From assembly GCA_023379675.1 (NCBI GenBank), contig JAMCPL010000008.1, forward strand, positions 30,720-94,719: 64,000 nucleotides of DNA, written 5' to 3'. The notes under the pieces were generated by a model. That model had not been told where the DNA came from, made no database searches, and saw nothing but the letters and a program-made list of their open reading frames with translations. This DNA comes from Actinomycetota bacterium (lineage in GTDB: Bacteria > Actinomycetota > Acidimicrobiia > Acidimicrobiales > JAMCPL01). Positions 37,849-47,177 of this stretch are shown here, in pieces; positions within the stretch are counted from its first letter, which is position 1; each line of letters opens with the position of its first letter. Position numbers and translations under genes: made by a program.

Positions 37849-39213
37849 ATGATTTCGGCTCGTATCATTGCGGCTCCCGATTCCTTCAAGGAAACAGCAC
37901 CAGCCATACAGATCGTTCACGCCATTTGCGAATCGGCATCTCGGCTGGGCATAGAGTGTGATCCAACTCCCATGTCTGACGGAGGTGAGGGGTTCGCACA
38001 GACATATGTCAGTGCACTGGAAGAGCATGGCATATTCTATTCACGACATCCTGTAACAGTAGCTGGACCTGCCGGCAAACCTGTCGAGGCTGTTTACTAT
38101 ACGGTCGATCCTGGAAGCACACCCCGCTTGGCCATAATGGATTGCGCGTCTGCAACAGGTCTAGCTCTGGTGGGAGGCGCCAGATGCAATGACCCTCTGG
38201 CCGCCACCTCACGGGGAGTCGGGGAATTGATCATGGCTGCAATTACTGCCGGTATCAGGCAAATACTGATCGGACTAGGAGGTTCTGCCTGTACCGATGG
38301 AGGCTTGGGCGCGGTGCAAGTAATTACAGAAATGTACGACCCGAGGAGCAATCCGGTCGGGAGCCTGGACGGGGATCCGGTCGGGAGCCTGGGTGATGGC
38401 ACAAAGGCCGGCGCGGCAAGAGATCCGGCAACTGACGTTGCCGGCCAAGCGAACGTCGACCAGGGGAAGGACCTGAGTAAAGATGGGAACACAGTAGATG
38501 GTCTTACCGGACGCACGACTGTAGTCGCAGCCGTCAACACCGGCAAGAAATTAGGTGGCGTGGAATTGATTGCCTGCTACGATGTTGGCACTGCATTTCT
38601 GGATGCGGCTAGGGTATTTGCTCCTCAAAAAGGAGCTACTGCCGAGCAAGTCGACATCCTATCGCAAAGACTGGTGGACCTGGCTCATTACTACAAGACG
38701 GATTACGGGATAGATGTAAATGCCTTGGCCGGTGGTGGGGCCGCTGGAGGGCTGGGAGGTGGACTTGCCGCATTGGGAGCGCGCCTTGTACCTGGCTTCG
38801 ATACCATCGCGAACGCAGTACGGTTACAGGAAAGGATGGCTGGAGCGATTCTGGTAATCACTGGGGAAGGTCGTCTTGATACTACATCCTTCGAGGGAAA
38901 AGTGGTTGGTAGGATTATCCGAACTGCACATGATCAAGACGTGCCTGTGGCGGTGATAGCGGGATCGGTCGATCACGGGTTGCCTGGGTTGGAACACTCT
39001 GATGTAGGATGGTTTTCGATGGAAGTGCCCGCCAAACTGCTGGCTGACCGATCGGCGATGATGCCATCTCAGATGAGTGCTAACCAAACCTGCCAGGCAA
39101 GCGTCCAGGTAGTGAGCTTGGTTGAACGATATGGAAGCGCCAGGGCGCTCGGGGACACACTTGGATGCGTGAAGGACGCGACCACGAGCATTCTCACTGG
39201 CCATACCTGTTAG
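37849..39213 (+). CDS. glycerate kinase (class I, GlxK/GarK family) with a low-complexity insert
   Basis: IIAAPDSFKE...PMSDGGEGF N-terminal signature and a C-terminal ITGEGRLD. The insert includes an 18-bp exact repeat (38351-38368 and 38375-38392) giving NPVGSLDGDPVGSLGDG. Confidence 0.85.
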   Translation: MISARIIAAPDSFKETAPAIQIVHAICESASRLGIECDPTPMSDGGEGFAQTYVSALEEHGIFYSRHPVTVAGPAGKPVEAVYYTVDPGSTPRLAIMDCASATGLALVGGARCNDPLAATSRGVGELIMAAITAGIRQILIGLGGSACTDGGLGAVQVITEMYDPRSNPVGSLDGDPVGSLGDGTKAGAARDPATDVAGQANVDQGKDLSKDGNTVDGLTGRTTVVAAVNTGKKLGGVELIACYDVGTAFLDAARVFAPQKGATAEQVDILSQRLVDLAHYYKTDYGIDVNALAGGGAAGGLGGGLAALGARLVPGFDTIANAVRLQERMAGAILVITGEGRLDTTSFEGKVVGRIIRTAHDQDVPVAVIAGSVDHGLPGLEHSDVGWFSMEVPAKLLADRSAMMPSQMSANQTCQASVQVVSLVERYGSARALGDTLGCVKDATTSILTGHTC

Positions 39214-39225
39214 AGGACATATCGT

Positions 39226-41004
39226 ATGCAGGTAACGGGAATTCTTCGGTCACCACAAGACGAGACCACTTCTCACGGTCCTCTTTCCTCGAAAAGAAAG
39301 GCTGCCATCCTGGCTGTCCTCTGTATTTCCATATTGATGACTACGCTGGACAATACCGTCCTGAATGTCGCTCTCCCTACCCTGGCGCGGCAACTTCACT
39401 CAACGGTTAGCGATTTACAGTGGATCGTAGACGCCTACACCCTGGTCTTTGCTGGGCTGGAAATCACGGCAGGCAACATTGGAGACCGCTACGGTCGTAA
39501 AGGTATACTGTTTGGCGGCATGGCCGTATTCGGTCTGGGTTCGGCAATGTCAGCATTCTCCACTTCCTCCTCGGAGCTCATTGCATTCAGATGCGTCATG
39601 GGAGTAGGTGGGGCCTTTGTGATGCCGGCTACCCTTGCAGTCATCATGGACGTATTTGTAGATCCACACGAAAGGGCAAAGGCCATAGGGATATGGTCAG
39701 GTGCTTCCGGCTTGGGCGTGGCCATAGGACCGATACTGGGCGGGGTGCTACTGGCCCATTACTGGTGGGGCTCCGTATTCCTTATCAATGTTCCAATAGT
39801 AGTATTTGGCCTGGTGACCATAGCCTTTCTGGTGCCACCCTCAAGGGATCCGAGGACACGCCCACCCGACCCTGTAGGTTCCATGCTCTCCATAGCAGGT
39901 ATAGGCATGCTGGTATGGGGCATCATAGACGTACCGATCAATGGCTGGGGCGATCCTACTGTACCGGTAGCCATGGCGGCAGGTGCTGTGATCATGGGGC
40001 TCATGGTGCTGTGGGAAAGGCATTCAGCACATCCTATGCTTAACATGTCCCTCTTCAAGAAGAGAAGGTTCACCGCCGCCGCCGCCTCGCTGACGCTCAC
40101 GTTCTTCGCACTGGCAGGGGTGATGTTCCTGATGACCCAGTACATGCAGTCTGTGCTGGGATACTCCCCCATCCACATGGGCTTTGCGATAGCACCAGTG
40201 TCGGTACTGCTTGCCGGCGGTGCTGTCCTGTCGAGTTTTCTCGTGCCGCGTATCGGGACCAAGATAGTAGTCTCAGTAGGCCTTGGAGCGATTATCGCTG
40301 GCCTACTGCTGCTGTCAAACCTTACTGTCAAGGAGCAGTACACCAGCCTGCTGGCTCCGCTGTTCCTCATCGGCGCAGGTGTGGGTATTGCCATGCCGCC
40401 ATCCACCGATTCCATCATGGGTTCGTTCTCTCATGAGGAATCCGGGGTGGGTTCCGCCATGAATGGCACTGCATTACAGCTCGGCGGCACGCTTGGTGTC
40501 GCTGTAATCGGAAGTATGCTCAATGCTCGTTACAGAGCGGGAATTACGCCCCTCCTGGTCGGGCAGAAAGTTCCTACTCAAGCACTCCACTATATAGAGG
40601 GGTCGTTGGCGGGTGCTCTTGCGGTAGCAGGATACGTATCCTCTCATGTAAGTGCCAAGCTGGGTGTGGAACTTGCCGCAGTGGCAAAGCACTATTTCAC
40701 CATAGGGGTGAACCAGGCCAATCTTATCGGTGCAGGATGCACATTTTTGGGGGTACTCATAGCCTTTATTTTTCTACCCTCGAGGCCACACCCGGAAGAC
40801 CAGGCTCGCGAAGCTGAAAGGCTCGAAACAGCAAAGAAAAGTTACAGGACAGCACCGAACACTGATAGTACCACCAACGCATTTACCGAACATGATCATG
40901 AAGTCGGTCAAGAAGAAAGTTCGGCTTCAGCCAGTACAAAGCATTCTGGCAACGTGCCAGATCATATCGCTGACACAGATGAAGCCAGCACGGATCACTA
41001 TTAG
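39226..41004 (+). CDS. MFS transporter, DHA2 (EmrB/QacA-like, 14-TMS) drug:H+ antiporter family
   Basis: LDNTVLNVALPTL, GDRYGRK motif, about 14 hydrophobic segments, and a hydrophilic C-terminal tail. Confidence 0.85.
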   Translation: MQVTGILRSPQDETTSHGPLSSKRKAAILAVLCISILMTTLDNTVLNVALPTLARQLHSTVSDLQWIVDAYTLVFAGLEITAGNIGDRYGRKGILFGGMAVFGLGSAMSAFSTSSSELIAFRCVMGVGGAFVMPATLAVIMDVFVDPHERAKAIGIWSGASGLGVAIGPILGGVLLAHYWWGSVFLINVPIVVFGLVTIAFLVPPSRDPRTRPPDPVGSMLSIAGIGMLVWGIIDVPINGWGDPTVPVAMAAGAVIMGLMVLWERHSAHPMLNMSLFKKRRFTAAAASLTLTFFALAGVMFLMTQYMQSVLGYSPIHMGFAIAPVSVLLAGGAVLSSFLVPRIGTKIVVSVGLGAIIAGLLLLSNLTVKEQYTSLLAPLFLIGAGVGIAMPPSTDSIMGSFSHEESGVGSAMNGTALQLGGTLGVAVIGSMLNARYRAGITPLLVGQKVPTQALHYIEGSLAGALAVAGYVSSHVSAKLGVELAAVAKHYFTIGVNQANLIGAGCTFLGVLIAFIFLPSRPHPEDQAREAERLETAKKSYRTAPNTDSTTNAFTEHDHEVGQEESSASASTKHSGNVPDHIADTDEASTDHY

Positions 41005-41215
41005 GCGGCTTTGCGTTTACTTCTGACTCACACAGGCATTTTTTTCTCAAAAACCCACTGTTGCCATGTCCCGTAGTGTAAACTACCAGTCATAGTAGCT
41101 ATGCTACCGCTAAAGGCCATTTCACCTGGTCTTATGTACTGATGGCATTGCGTCAGGATATAGCGGGGCATTGCAGGATTAAAGCGTTTACGTATAGTGA
41201 AAGGGGCAAACTCCA

Positions 41216-43345
41216 TTGAGCAGTACCACCAGTACCATGGACTCCGGCACCGGAGGAGCGCAGTCATCGTCGCCGAAGGGACGATTCCGATTCATCATTG
41301 ACAGGTCGATGGACATATACCCGGATACCGCCCCCAGATATACCTATCTGGGGATCACCGTGGCAATCACCATAGTGCTCTACTACCTGTACTTCGTGGA
41401 GGGGGCCGTCACTCCTCTCATGCTGCCCTACTATCACATGTCCTTCCTCTACTTCATGACGCTGGTGGTGATCGGCAATGCCGCCGCCGCTGTAACTGCC
41501 CTTGTCGGCGGTCTGTCGGACAAGATAGGCAGGGTGAACCTTACGATCTATGGAGTGCTGGCAGTGGCGTTGCTGCAGCTTCTCGCCATACCGAACATCC
41601 ACTCGGAACTGGGCTTCGGTATCGCTTACACCGCAATAGGCTTTGCTGAAGGGATCGTACTGGTTTCCACCCCGGCGCTGATAAGAGATTTCTCTCCGCA
41701 GATGGGCCGGGCATCGGCCATGGGATTCTGGACTCTCGGTCCGGTAATAGGAAGCCTGGCGGCCACCTTGGTTGCCGAGCATACGCTTGCCCATCTACAT
41801 CCCTGGCAGGATCAGTTCATCATCTCTGGCATTGTGGCGCTGGTGATCTTTATCGTAGCTTTCGTCGGCCTTCGCGAGCTGTCGCCGGGACTGCGTGACC
41901 AGCTGATGGTATCGGAAAAGGAAAGAGCGCTCGTCCAGGCGCGAGCCAAGGGCATTGACATAGAGAAATCCCTGAAAAGTCCGCTGCGCACCATGTTCAA
42001 GTGGGACCTAATCGTTTCCGCTTTCGGCATCTCTACATTCCTACTCATCTATTATGCGGCCGTCACGGTGTTCACCCTCTATTTTGTCGTAGTCTTCGGC
42101 CAGAGCACCGCCAATGCCAATGGCATAGACACCTGGTACTGGGCATTCGATGCAATAGCCCTCGTTGTCATGGGCATCCTCTCGGACAAGTTGCGAGTAC
42201 GCAAGCCATTCATGCTGGTGGGAGCAATCGGCATGATTGTGGCCACGTATATTTTCTTGAGCAAGGTCCATTCTCCGGCTACCGGGTACTACACGCTGGT
42301 ATGGATCGTTGTATTCATCGGCATATTCGACGCAATGGCCTACGCTCCGTGGATGGCCGCTTATACCGAAGCGGTGGAGGAAAAGAATCCTGCCCTCTCA
42401 GCGACCGGACTTGCTGTATGGGGATGGGTGCTGCGAATAGTCATTGCCGCCTCCTTCCTGGTGATGCCAAGAGTCATTTCCACCGCATCGACACTTGTCG
42501 ACAACCAGACCTCCGCCACAACGCTTCAAACCCTGAAGTCGGCCTCGCCGTATGTCACCAACCACAAGCCTGCTCCTCCTGATGTGCTCGCAGCACTGAA
42601 GGCGACGGGCGAGCCTTACGGTAAGGCACTTGCGGCCTACCTTGCAACTCCGGAAAGCGTAAATACCGTCAGCACCCTTCAGGCACTCGAGGTCGCAGCA
42701 CCGTACGCAACGGCCAAGAAACCGGCCCCTGCAACGGTGGTTACTGATCTGAAGGCGACACACGAGCCCTACAGCCTAGCACTGGCTGATTACATCTCCA
42801 GCGGGTACAACTTCGCCGCCGTACCCCATCCCCTATTCAACCAGTTGCTTGGCCTGATCAATTTCAGCCCTGCCGCGGCCAGTGTCCAGGCCGGAAAGCC
42901 GGTATCTGCGGCAACGGTGGCCAGTATCAAGAAGTACTCGCCGCAACTCGCCGTCCTGCTCAACAATGAGAAGAGAATAGCCGTAGCTCAACCAGGTGTT
43001 TTCAACCAGCTACAGGGACTGAACTACTTCAGTCCTGCCGCGGCTGGTGTCCAGGCCGGAAAGCCGGTATCTGCGGCAACGGTGGCCAGTATCAAGAAGT
43101 ACTCACCGCAACTCGCCGTACTGCTTAGCGTCGAGAAAAAGGTGATCCCTGCCCAGAAGCACTCCCCCAACCAGTGGGAAGTGTGGTGGTGGGTATGCCT
43201 GGGAGGGCAAGTGCTCTTTCTCATCCTGCTCTTTACCATCAAGGGCAGGTGGAGCCCGAAAGCTGCCAGGAGGGACTTCGAAGAGTACCAGAAAACCATC
43301 GACAAGGAACTGGCCGCTCTGGCGTCCAGTCACACTACGAGCTGA
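41216..43345 (+). CDS. MFS-type transporter fused to a ~250-aa internally repeated (A-A-B-B) domain and an extra C-terminal TM helix
   Basis: About 12 TM segments in the first ~420 aa. Two ~45-aa repeats follow (LQTLKSASPY.../LQALEVAAPY...), then two ~55-aa repeats (FNQL.GL..FSPAAA.VQAGKPVSAATVASIKKYSPQLAVLL), then the TM helix WWWVCLGGQVLFLILLF. The start is uncertain: TTG 41216 or ATG 41237. Confidence 0.75.
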   Translation: MSSTTSTMDSGTGGAQSSSPKGRFRFIIDRSMDIYPDTAPRYTYLGITVAITIVLYYLYFVEGAVTPLMLPYYHMSFLYFMTLVVIGNAAAAVTALVGGLSDKIGRVNLTIYGVLAVALLQLLAIPNIHSELGFGIAYTAIGFAEGIVLVSTPALIRDFSPQMGRASAMGFWTLGPVIGSLAATLVAEHTLAHLHPWQDQFIISGIVALVIFIVAFVGLRELSPGLRDQLMVSEKERALVQARAKGIDIEKSLKSPLRTMFKWDLIVSAFGISTFLLIYYAAVTVFTLYFVVVFGQSTANANGIDTWYWAFDAIALVVMGILSDKLRVRKPFMLVGAIGMIVATYIFLSKVHSPATGYYTLVWIVVFIGIFDAMAYAPWMAAYTEAVEEKNPALSATGLAVWGWVLRIVIAASFLVMPRVISTASTLVDNQTSATTLQTLKSASPYVTNHKPAPPDVLAALKATGEPYGKALAAYLATPESVNTVSTLQALEVAAPYATAKKPAPATVVTDLKATHEPYSLALADYISSGYNFAAVPHPLFNQLLGLINFSPAAASVQAGKPVSAATVASIKKYSPQLAVLLNNEKRIAVAQPGVFNQLQGLNYFSPAAAGVQAGKPVSAATVASIKKYSPQLAVLLSVEKKVIPAQKHSPNQWEVWWWVCLGGQVLFLILLFTIKGRWSPKAARRDFEEYQKTIDKELAALASSHTTS
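42869..43126 (+). repeat. internal direct duplication: 93 bp at 42869-42961 versus 43034-43126 (about 5 mismatches, including a ~56-bp identical run), period 165 bp
   Basis: Aligned by eye. In frame (55 codons). Confidence 0.9.
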
Positions 43346-43422
43346 TACAGGCTGGACGTAGTCGTTGCACGCTCTGCACGCCTGATCGTGTGGTGACCGC
43401 GGCCCCGTCCGAGGGAGAGGAA

Positions 43423-44325
43423 CTAGGAGTGGATCTTGCCCAGGCGAACCAGTACTTGGTGTGCCGCGCTATCCAGTTCGATGGGTGCAGACCCCAGAGG
43501 CGGTCGGCACTGCCCCGATGGAAGGCCGAGAGCTCTGCACGCGGCTTTGGCGGGCAGGGGGTTTGGAAAGGTCTCGGAGGTTTCGAATAGGTAGGACTCT
43601 ATTAGAGTCGCGTTGGTTGTGGCGGCTCTTTCCGGCCTGCCCTTCTTGAAAGCTGAAATCATCTGGCTGAGTTCCTCGCCTGCCCAATGACCGGCTACGC
43701 TGATCAGGCCCACGGCGCCTATTGATAGGAATGGCAGTGTGAGAGAGTCATCGCCACTGTACATCTCGAAATATCCAGGTGCATCCGCGATGAGTCTGGC
43801 TGCCGAAGGGATATCTCCGGTGGCGTCCTTTATCCCGATTATGTTTTTCACCTCGTTTACCAAGCGTAAAGTGGTGTCTATCGCGATACGACGCCCTGTT
43901 CGCGAAGGTATATCGTACAGTAGTACAGGTAGGCCGGTTGCCTCGCTTGCGGTCTTGAAATGCTCGAAAAGACCCTGCTGGGAAGGGCGTAGGTAGTACG
44001 GAGTCACCAGCAGTATGCCATCCACTTTGCACTCCTGCGCTATCTTGGTCATCTCCACCGTATGGCGCGTATCTGCAGTTCCGGTCGCGGCCATGACCGG
44101 TACGGTGACGTTCCGAGCCACCTCCGACCAGAGCACTCGTTTTTCCTCATCGGAGAGCACCGGACCCTCACCGGTCGAACCAGCAAGCACCAAGCCTTCA
44201 CTACCATGATCGACGAGCCAACGTGCCAGCTTCACTGCACCATCTGCGTCAAAGGAGCCATCTGCAAGAAATGGGCTTACCATAGCGGTCGACAGCGCAC
44301 CAAACCTCGGTGACGGCCTACTCAT
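43423..44325 (-). CDS. dapA: 4-hydroxy-tetrahydrodipicolinate synthase
   Basis: TAMVSPF...GSEGLVLAGSTGEGPVLSDEEK...YYLRPSQ...YDIPSRTG. The ATG at 44325 overlaps the upstream stop as ATGA. Confidence 0.9.
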   Translation of the reverse strand: MSRPSPRFGALSTAMVSPFLADGSFDADGAVKLARWLVDHGSEGLVLAGSTGEGPVLSDEEKRVLWSEVARNVTVPVMAATGTADTRHTVEMTKIAQECKVDGILLVTPYYLRPSQQGLFEHFKTASEATGLPVLLYDIPSRTGRRIAIDTTLRLVNEVKNIIGIKDATGDIPSAARLIADAPGYFEMYSGDDSLTLPFLSIGAVGLISVAGHWAGEELSQMISAFKKGRPERAATTNATLIESYLFETSETFPNPLPAKAACRALGLPSGQCRPPLGSAPIELDSAAHQVLVRLGKIHS

Positions 44326-45143
44326 AAAGTATCCACCACTCCCAGATGGCCAGTGTCCCATAGTCTTACGCCACCAAGTATACCGGCGGAGTTGTCGATG
44401 ATCACGCAGTCAGGCGGAAGCTCCATAGTGAGCTTCTTGGCATTACCGCCACCGACGAAGCACTTGTCGAAAAACACCAGATTGCGCAGTATATCCAGTG
44501 TCCTTAACACCCTTTTGGTCCATTTGTGTTCCCCTACTTCGCGCAGCGCACTGTCACCCACATAATCGTTGTACGTTTCGTCACCGTGCAGCGGATGATG
44601 CGCAAACTCCATATGGGGCAACAAGCCTCCATTGTAGAACAGGGCGGTTCCGCAGCCGGTGCCGAGAGTGACCACCAGCTCGAGCCCCTTGCCCTCCACC
44701 ACAGCGGCCCCCTGTACATCGGCATCGTTAGCCACCCTGGTCGGTTTCCCGAGTACGTCCTCAAGGGCATTCGCAAGGTCAAAATTATGCCATGCAGTAA
44801 CAAGATCTTTGTCAATAGGAGTACCAAGCCCACCAATCCGTGAGAATTGCGGAGCGGTGATGACAATACCGTGGCGCACCATGCCGTTGAATCCAACAGA
44901 CACCCTATCGTACTCAACCAGCTTGCCTGCCATGGATGCGAGTGAATCCACCAAGCGCTCCGGGCTCAGCGGGTAAGGAGTCTCGATCCTCAGCTTCTCT
45001 GTAACCATCCGCGCCCGCGCATCCAAGACGGCAGCCTTCAATCCGCTGCCTCCAATATCCACACCCAGCGTAAAAGGATGCGATAGCTCATCACTATCCG
45101 GCATATGTCTCTTGGTTCGAGTAGGTAAACTAGTACACATCAT
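44322..45143 (-). CDS. ppgK: ROK-family kinase, polyphosphate glucokinase-like
   Basis: LGVDIGGSGLKAAVLD, VANDADVQGAA, TLGTGCGTALF, and a C-terminal FVGGGNAKK. Size and motif order match PpgK. The start may be the internal ATG (MPDSDEL). Confidence 0.65.
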   Translation of the reverse strand: MMCTSLPTRTKRHMPDSDELSHPFTLGVDIGGSGLKAAVLDARARMVTEKLRIETPYPLSPERLVDSLASMAGKLVEYDRVSVGFNGMVRHGIVITAPQFSRIGGLGTPIDKDLVTAWHNFDLANALEDVLGKPTRVANDADVQGAAVVEGKGLELVVTLGTGCGTALFYNGGLLPHMEFAHHPLHGDETYNDYVGDSALREVGEHKWTKRVLRTLDILRNLVFFDKCFVGGGNAKKLTMELPPDCVIIDNSAGILGGVRLWDTGHLGVVDTL

Positions 45144-45207
45144 GGGCTACAAATCATGTCAGTCCATATTGTACCAGCGCGAGCGGCATCTTCACGACTG
45201 AAATCCA

Positions 45208-47091
45208 TCAAGTCTTATTCTCGCGGAGCACGGCAGGCTTTCCCTGGCTATCGGTGCACAATTGCATCACCCCGTCGGTACATAACGACATTACCCGGCC
45301 TACAATAAATCTGTACTTGGAAGTGGTTCTCATGTATGTCATCTTATCCTGTTCGGCCAGTCCCGCCACATGCTTGCCTTTTTCCAATGCCGAGAGAAGG
45401 GAAGCCGTGTAATTCCCCATCTCCTCGAGCATATGTGTTTCCATGTCGCGAGAGACTGCCCTCAGACGTTGCATGAGGTCATAGCGTGCCCTACCAGCGT
45501 GCTTGTCGAGTTCTCTAGTCAGGTAATCCGCGACATGATCGAGCATCTTGCGCCTGGCTATACTCCCGGGGAGCAGCCTGCGTGACACCTTGCTCAGTAG
45601 TTCTATGTCGCTTCCCACGTGGAGGAAGATGAATGTAAACAGTTCATCTTTCGAGTCAACTGTTGGTACGTCTACTTCGGGCAGGGCGATGCCCACAAGC
45701 TCTGAGGCAACTTCACGAATCTTGTTCACCCGCTCCTGGGTCTCCTCTTTCAGTCTTTCAGCTAGTCTGGCCCATTCGCTCTCTGCAAACACAGCCAGTT
45801 CCCTGCGGTATCCGTCAAGCTGGTCGGTTATATATTTCTCTGCAGCGGTCACCAGGTCGTTTTCAAGCGATCTTGTAGTGCCATATGCTGCCGCCCTGAC
45901 AGCGAGCAAATCCTTTCCTTGGGCGGCGCTGCTGCTTACAAACGCCTCCAGCTTCCCGGACAGTTCTTTATCCAGGTCATCTATTCCTTTTTTCAACAGG
46001 ACCCTGGAGTCGTCGAACTTTGATCTTTCAGCAGAGGCGGCCTTTCCCAGCCGCTCCAGTGTGCTGCTTACCTGTTCCAGAGACGCCCTCAAGGTGGAGC
46101 CGGTAATGTCCAGTAACGCATTCCACTCGGAAGCGATCCGGCGGAGTTCCTTTCGTGACGCATCCGCGACCGCCCTGTCGAGAGTCTCGCTGCCGAAGCT
46201 GCGGAGGGTGGCTTCCAGATTACCAAACTCTCCTGAATCGGCGTCAAGCGCACGTCCTACCAGTTTCGCCGATAGCGCTTTGGCGGCTGAGACGTACCAG
46301 ATATTTGAAGGTACCCTATTCAATTCAGTCATTGCACCGTCCACGTAGTCCATGACCTTGTCAAGGTCGCCTGGACCAAGATGGTCTATCTTGTTCACGA
46401 CGTAATAAGTGGCTTTTTCGCGGCGCTGCAGCATCAAGATAAGATCTTTCTCGTGCTGGGAAAGCGGTGCGTCCGCTGAGAGCACGACCACCGCCCCGTC
46501 AGTGTCGAGTATGGCCCTTTGTGCAGCCGCGTCGTTGTGAGCGTTGATCGAGGCAATCCCTGGAGTGTCCACCAGCACGATACCGGGTTCAAGAAGGCCT
46601 GCAGGCCAAGTTACCTCGACTCGTGATACATGCTTCTCATTGCCTGGGTTGCCACATTCAGTTACATAATCTCCAAGGCTGGATGCTGCTATTTCCTGTA
46701 CGGTTCCGTTCTCGTACACCACCACAGCGCCTTTCTCGCCGTATGTGACCTCCACCGCTGTAGCTGTCAGCGGTATTACTCCAGTGGGAAGTACTTGCGC
46801 TCCCAGAAGTGCATTTACGAAGGTCGACTTCCCGCGTTTGAACTCCCCTATGATGCTGATATGAAACTTGCCTGACCCTAGCCTTTCTGCCACGCGCCGT
46901 GTCCTTCTGGACAGTTCTTCCGAATCGTTTTGCATGGCATCCGCCATTTCCAATGCCACAGACTGCAGCAATCCGGCGGTTGGACGTGCCGACTCTGTAC
47001 TTCCACCGTGATATCTCCATATTGACATACAGACTCCTTTTCGGGGATCCATACAGGAGCTATCAGCTGTACAGCGCTTTCGAGGAACCAT
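45208..47091 (-). CDS. bacterial dynamin-like GTPase
   Basis: G1 GEFKRGKST, G3 DTPG, G4 NKID, followed by a long helical stalk region. An alternative start is ATG 47028. Confidence 0.8.
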   Translation of the reverse strand: MVPRKRCTADSSCMDPRKGVCMSIWRYHGGSTESARPTAGLLQSVALEMADAMQNDSEELSRRTRRVAERLGSGKFHISIIGEFKRGKSTFVNALLGAQVLPTGVIPLTATAVEVTYGEKGAVVVYENGTVQEIAASSLGDYVTECGNPGNEKHVSRVEVTWPAGLLEPGIVLVDTPGIASINAHNDAAAQRAILDTDGAVVVLSADAPLSQHEKDLILMLQRREKATYYVVNKIDHLGPGDLDKVMDYVDGAMTELNRVPSNIWYVSAAKALSAKLVGRALDADSGEFGNLEATLRSFGSETLDRAVADASRKELRRIASEWNALLDITGSTLRASLEQVSSTLERLGKAASAERSKFDDSRVLLKKGIDDLDKELSGKLEAFVSSSAAQGKDLLAVRAAAYGTTRSLENDLVTAAEKYITDQLDGYRRELAVFAESEWARLAERLKEETQERVNKIREVASELVGIALPEVDVPTVDSKDELFTFIFLHVGSDIELLSKVSRRLLPGSIARRKMLDHVADYLTRELDKHAGRARYDLMQRLRAVSRDMETHMLEEMGNYTASLLSALEKGKHVAGLAEQDKMTYMRTTSKYRFIVGRVMSLCTDGVMQLCTDSQGKPAVLRENKT

Positions 47092-47177
47092 ATATGCTCT
47101 GCAACCAGGCGGACCCGACAGGTACCTGTCCGCAGAGTCAATTCAGTGGAACCGTCCAGCGAGCTCCATCGCTGTAG

